Positions 62,830 to 64,000 of a stretch of 64,000 nucleotides of DNA are shown here, piece by piece. Both the position numbers and the translations under genes were made by a program. The DNA is from Marsupella aquatica (Eukaryota > Plantae > Marchantiophyta), in assembly GCA_973895155.1 (NCBI GenBank), contig OZ316891.1:25729899-25793898 (forward strand), read 5' to 3'. The notes beneath the pieces are model-generated. The model was not told the origin of the DNA. It was given only the letters and a program-made list of their open reading frames with translations, and searched no databases. The stretch's first letter is position 1, and every line of letters starts with the position of its first letter.

Positions 62830-62936
62830 TTATTATAGGGTTTAAACTTCAGTCTATTAATTTGTAAAAGCAAAAGGTGGCCTTTATTATAGGTTTTAAA
62901 CTTCAGTCTATTAATTTGTAAAAGCAAAAAGTGGCC
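62830..62936. repeat. 54-bp tandem duplication
   Basis: TTATTATAGG.TTTAAACTTCAGTCTATTAATTTGTAAAAGCAAAA.GTGGCC at 62830 and 62884. Confidence 0.9.
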
Positions 62937-64000
62937 AAGGACCAGCATATTATTTTGTGCTGTTATATATTCAACATGCAGCAGAGCACAAGTTAGTTTT
63001 AGTCTAAGCGACGTCCATGCAGGACAAGTATGAGCATATAGCCTGTGTACGAGGTATTTGTTTGATGGACCCCCAAAATGAAACTTGTTACTTATCAATC
63101 CCCTGAAGTCTATCAACGATCCAGGTCCAGATTTGAGATCTAAAAGTCCATCCTTTCTGGGTTTCTTGCCTATGGGATCTTGTCTCTAGGTATGGTGCCT
63201 TTTGTTCTTTGCAATATTTAATATTAGAACTTGCATGGAACTTTAGTCTTCCCCAGATTTCTCCATTGTATTCTGCCTACATTGGGTTTCTGCCTTTGGG
63301 ATCTTGCCTCCCGGGATGGAGCCTTTTGTTTTGTTCTATAATGGAACTTGCATGAATTTAGGTTACTTTGTCTTCAAGTTCAGAAAAAAAAGGAGAAGAA
63401 TCAAAAATAGTAAGAGTGAAAAATCTTTCAGGCGTTGAAGTGTATTAACGTTTTGTTACCAGGGTATTATTAGCAATCATTATAATAGACCTCAAACCCA
63501 GAGTGTAGCTGGGGGGAAGGGGGTGAGACTACTTATATTCCACAATACCTTGGAAAGAAGAATTTCTTCTATATATTTATAATAATCTACCAAGCTCAGA
63601 CACTATAAGAATGAGCGGTGATGTTCTGACAACAATCAAGGTTATGTGATTCCCTACCAAAAAAAAAAGGAGAGTGTCAACAAACTATCAGCCAAAATAT
63701 CCTGTAAATTAATACAGGATTCATTAGAGCTAAGAGTAAACTGCATAGGTGCAGTTTTAAAGCACTTATTTGTTCTGATTTAAGTCAGTGGCAAGAAACT
63801 TTCGAGTTGTTTTGAATTTTGGTGTGCTCCTTCCTTGATTGTACAAAATGCGGAATGTCCCAAAAAGCTACACTCTTCACCGTAATTAGTGTTATGCAAG
63901 AATTAGTGTTAGTACATAATTAGTGTTATTAACACTAATTTTGGTAAATATGATTTTGAACCCAAGTAACACTAATTTTTGTTTGTTTTCTAAATAGATT

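Overview
This is eukaryotic land-plant nuclear DNA. Intron style, gene content and repeat types suggest a bryophyte, probably a Marchantia-like liverwort, but that is inference. There are no prokaryotic features such as CRISPR arrays or operons. The left 10.5 kb is transposon-rich: a small TIR element with an 8-bp TSD, a decayed gag-only Ty1/copia element, and a structurally complete Bianca-like Ty1/copia element. That element has identical 186-bp LTRs, a 5-bp TSD, a half-tRNA-Ile PBS, two in-frame TGA stops and a ~100-aa insertion in RT. Six host genes can be reconstructed: (1) an intronless plastid-targeted protein with a cyanobacterial-like domain; (2) a 10-exon membrane protein (At5g38380-like) containing a U12-type AT-AC intron; (3) an 11-exon RGLG vWA/RING E3 ligase; (4) a small conserved membrane protein; (5) an intronless tetraspanin/TOM2A-like protein; (6) a PAR1-family gene with a 1-nt frameshift. 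Intergenic DNA holds an orphan LTR, Helitron-like ends around a 36-bp minisatellite, hAT-like palindromic motifs, decayed LINE-like pieces and many short tandem duplications. The strongest leads are the CG/CHG-free LTRs with CpG-type decay inside the element, the RT insertion carrying a second PPT copy, the AT-AC intron and the PAR1 frameshift. No database searches could be run, so family names come from motif recognition.
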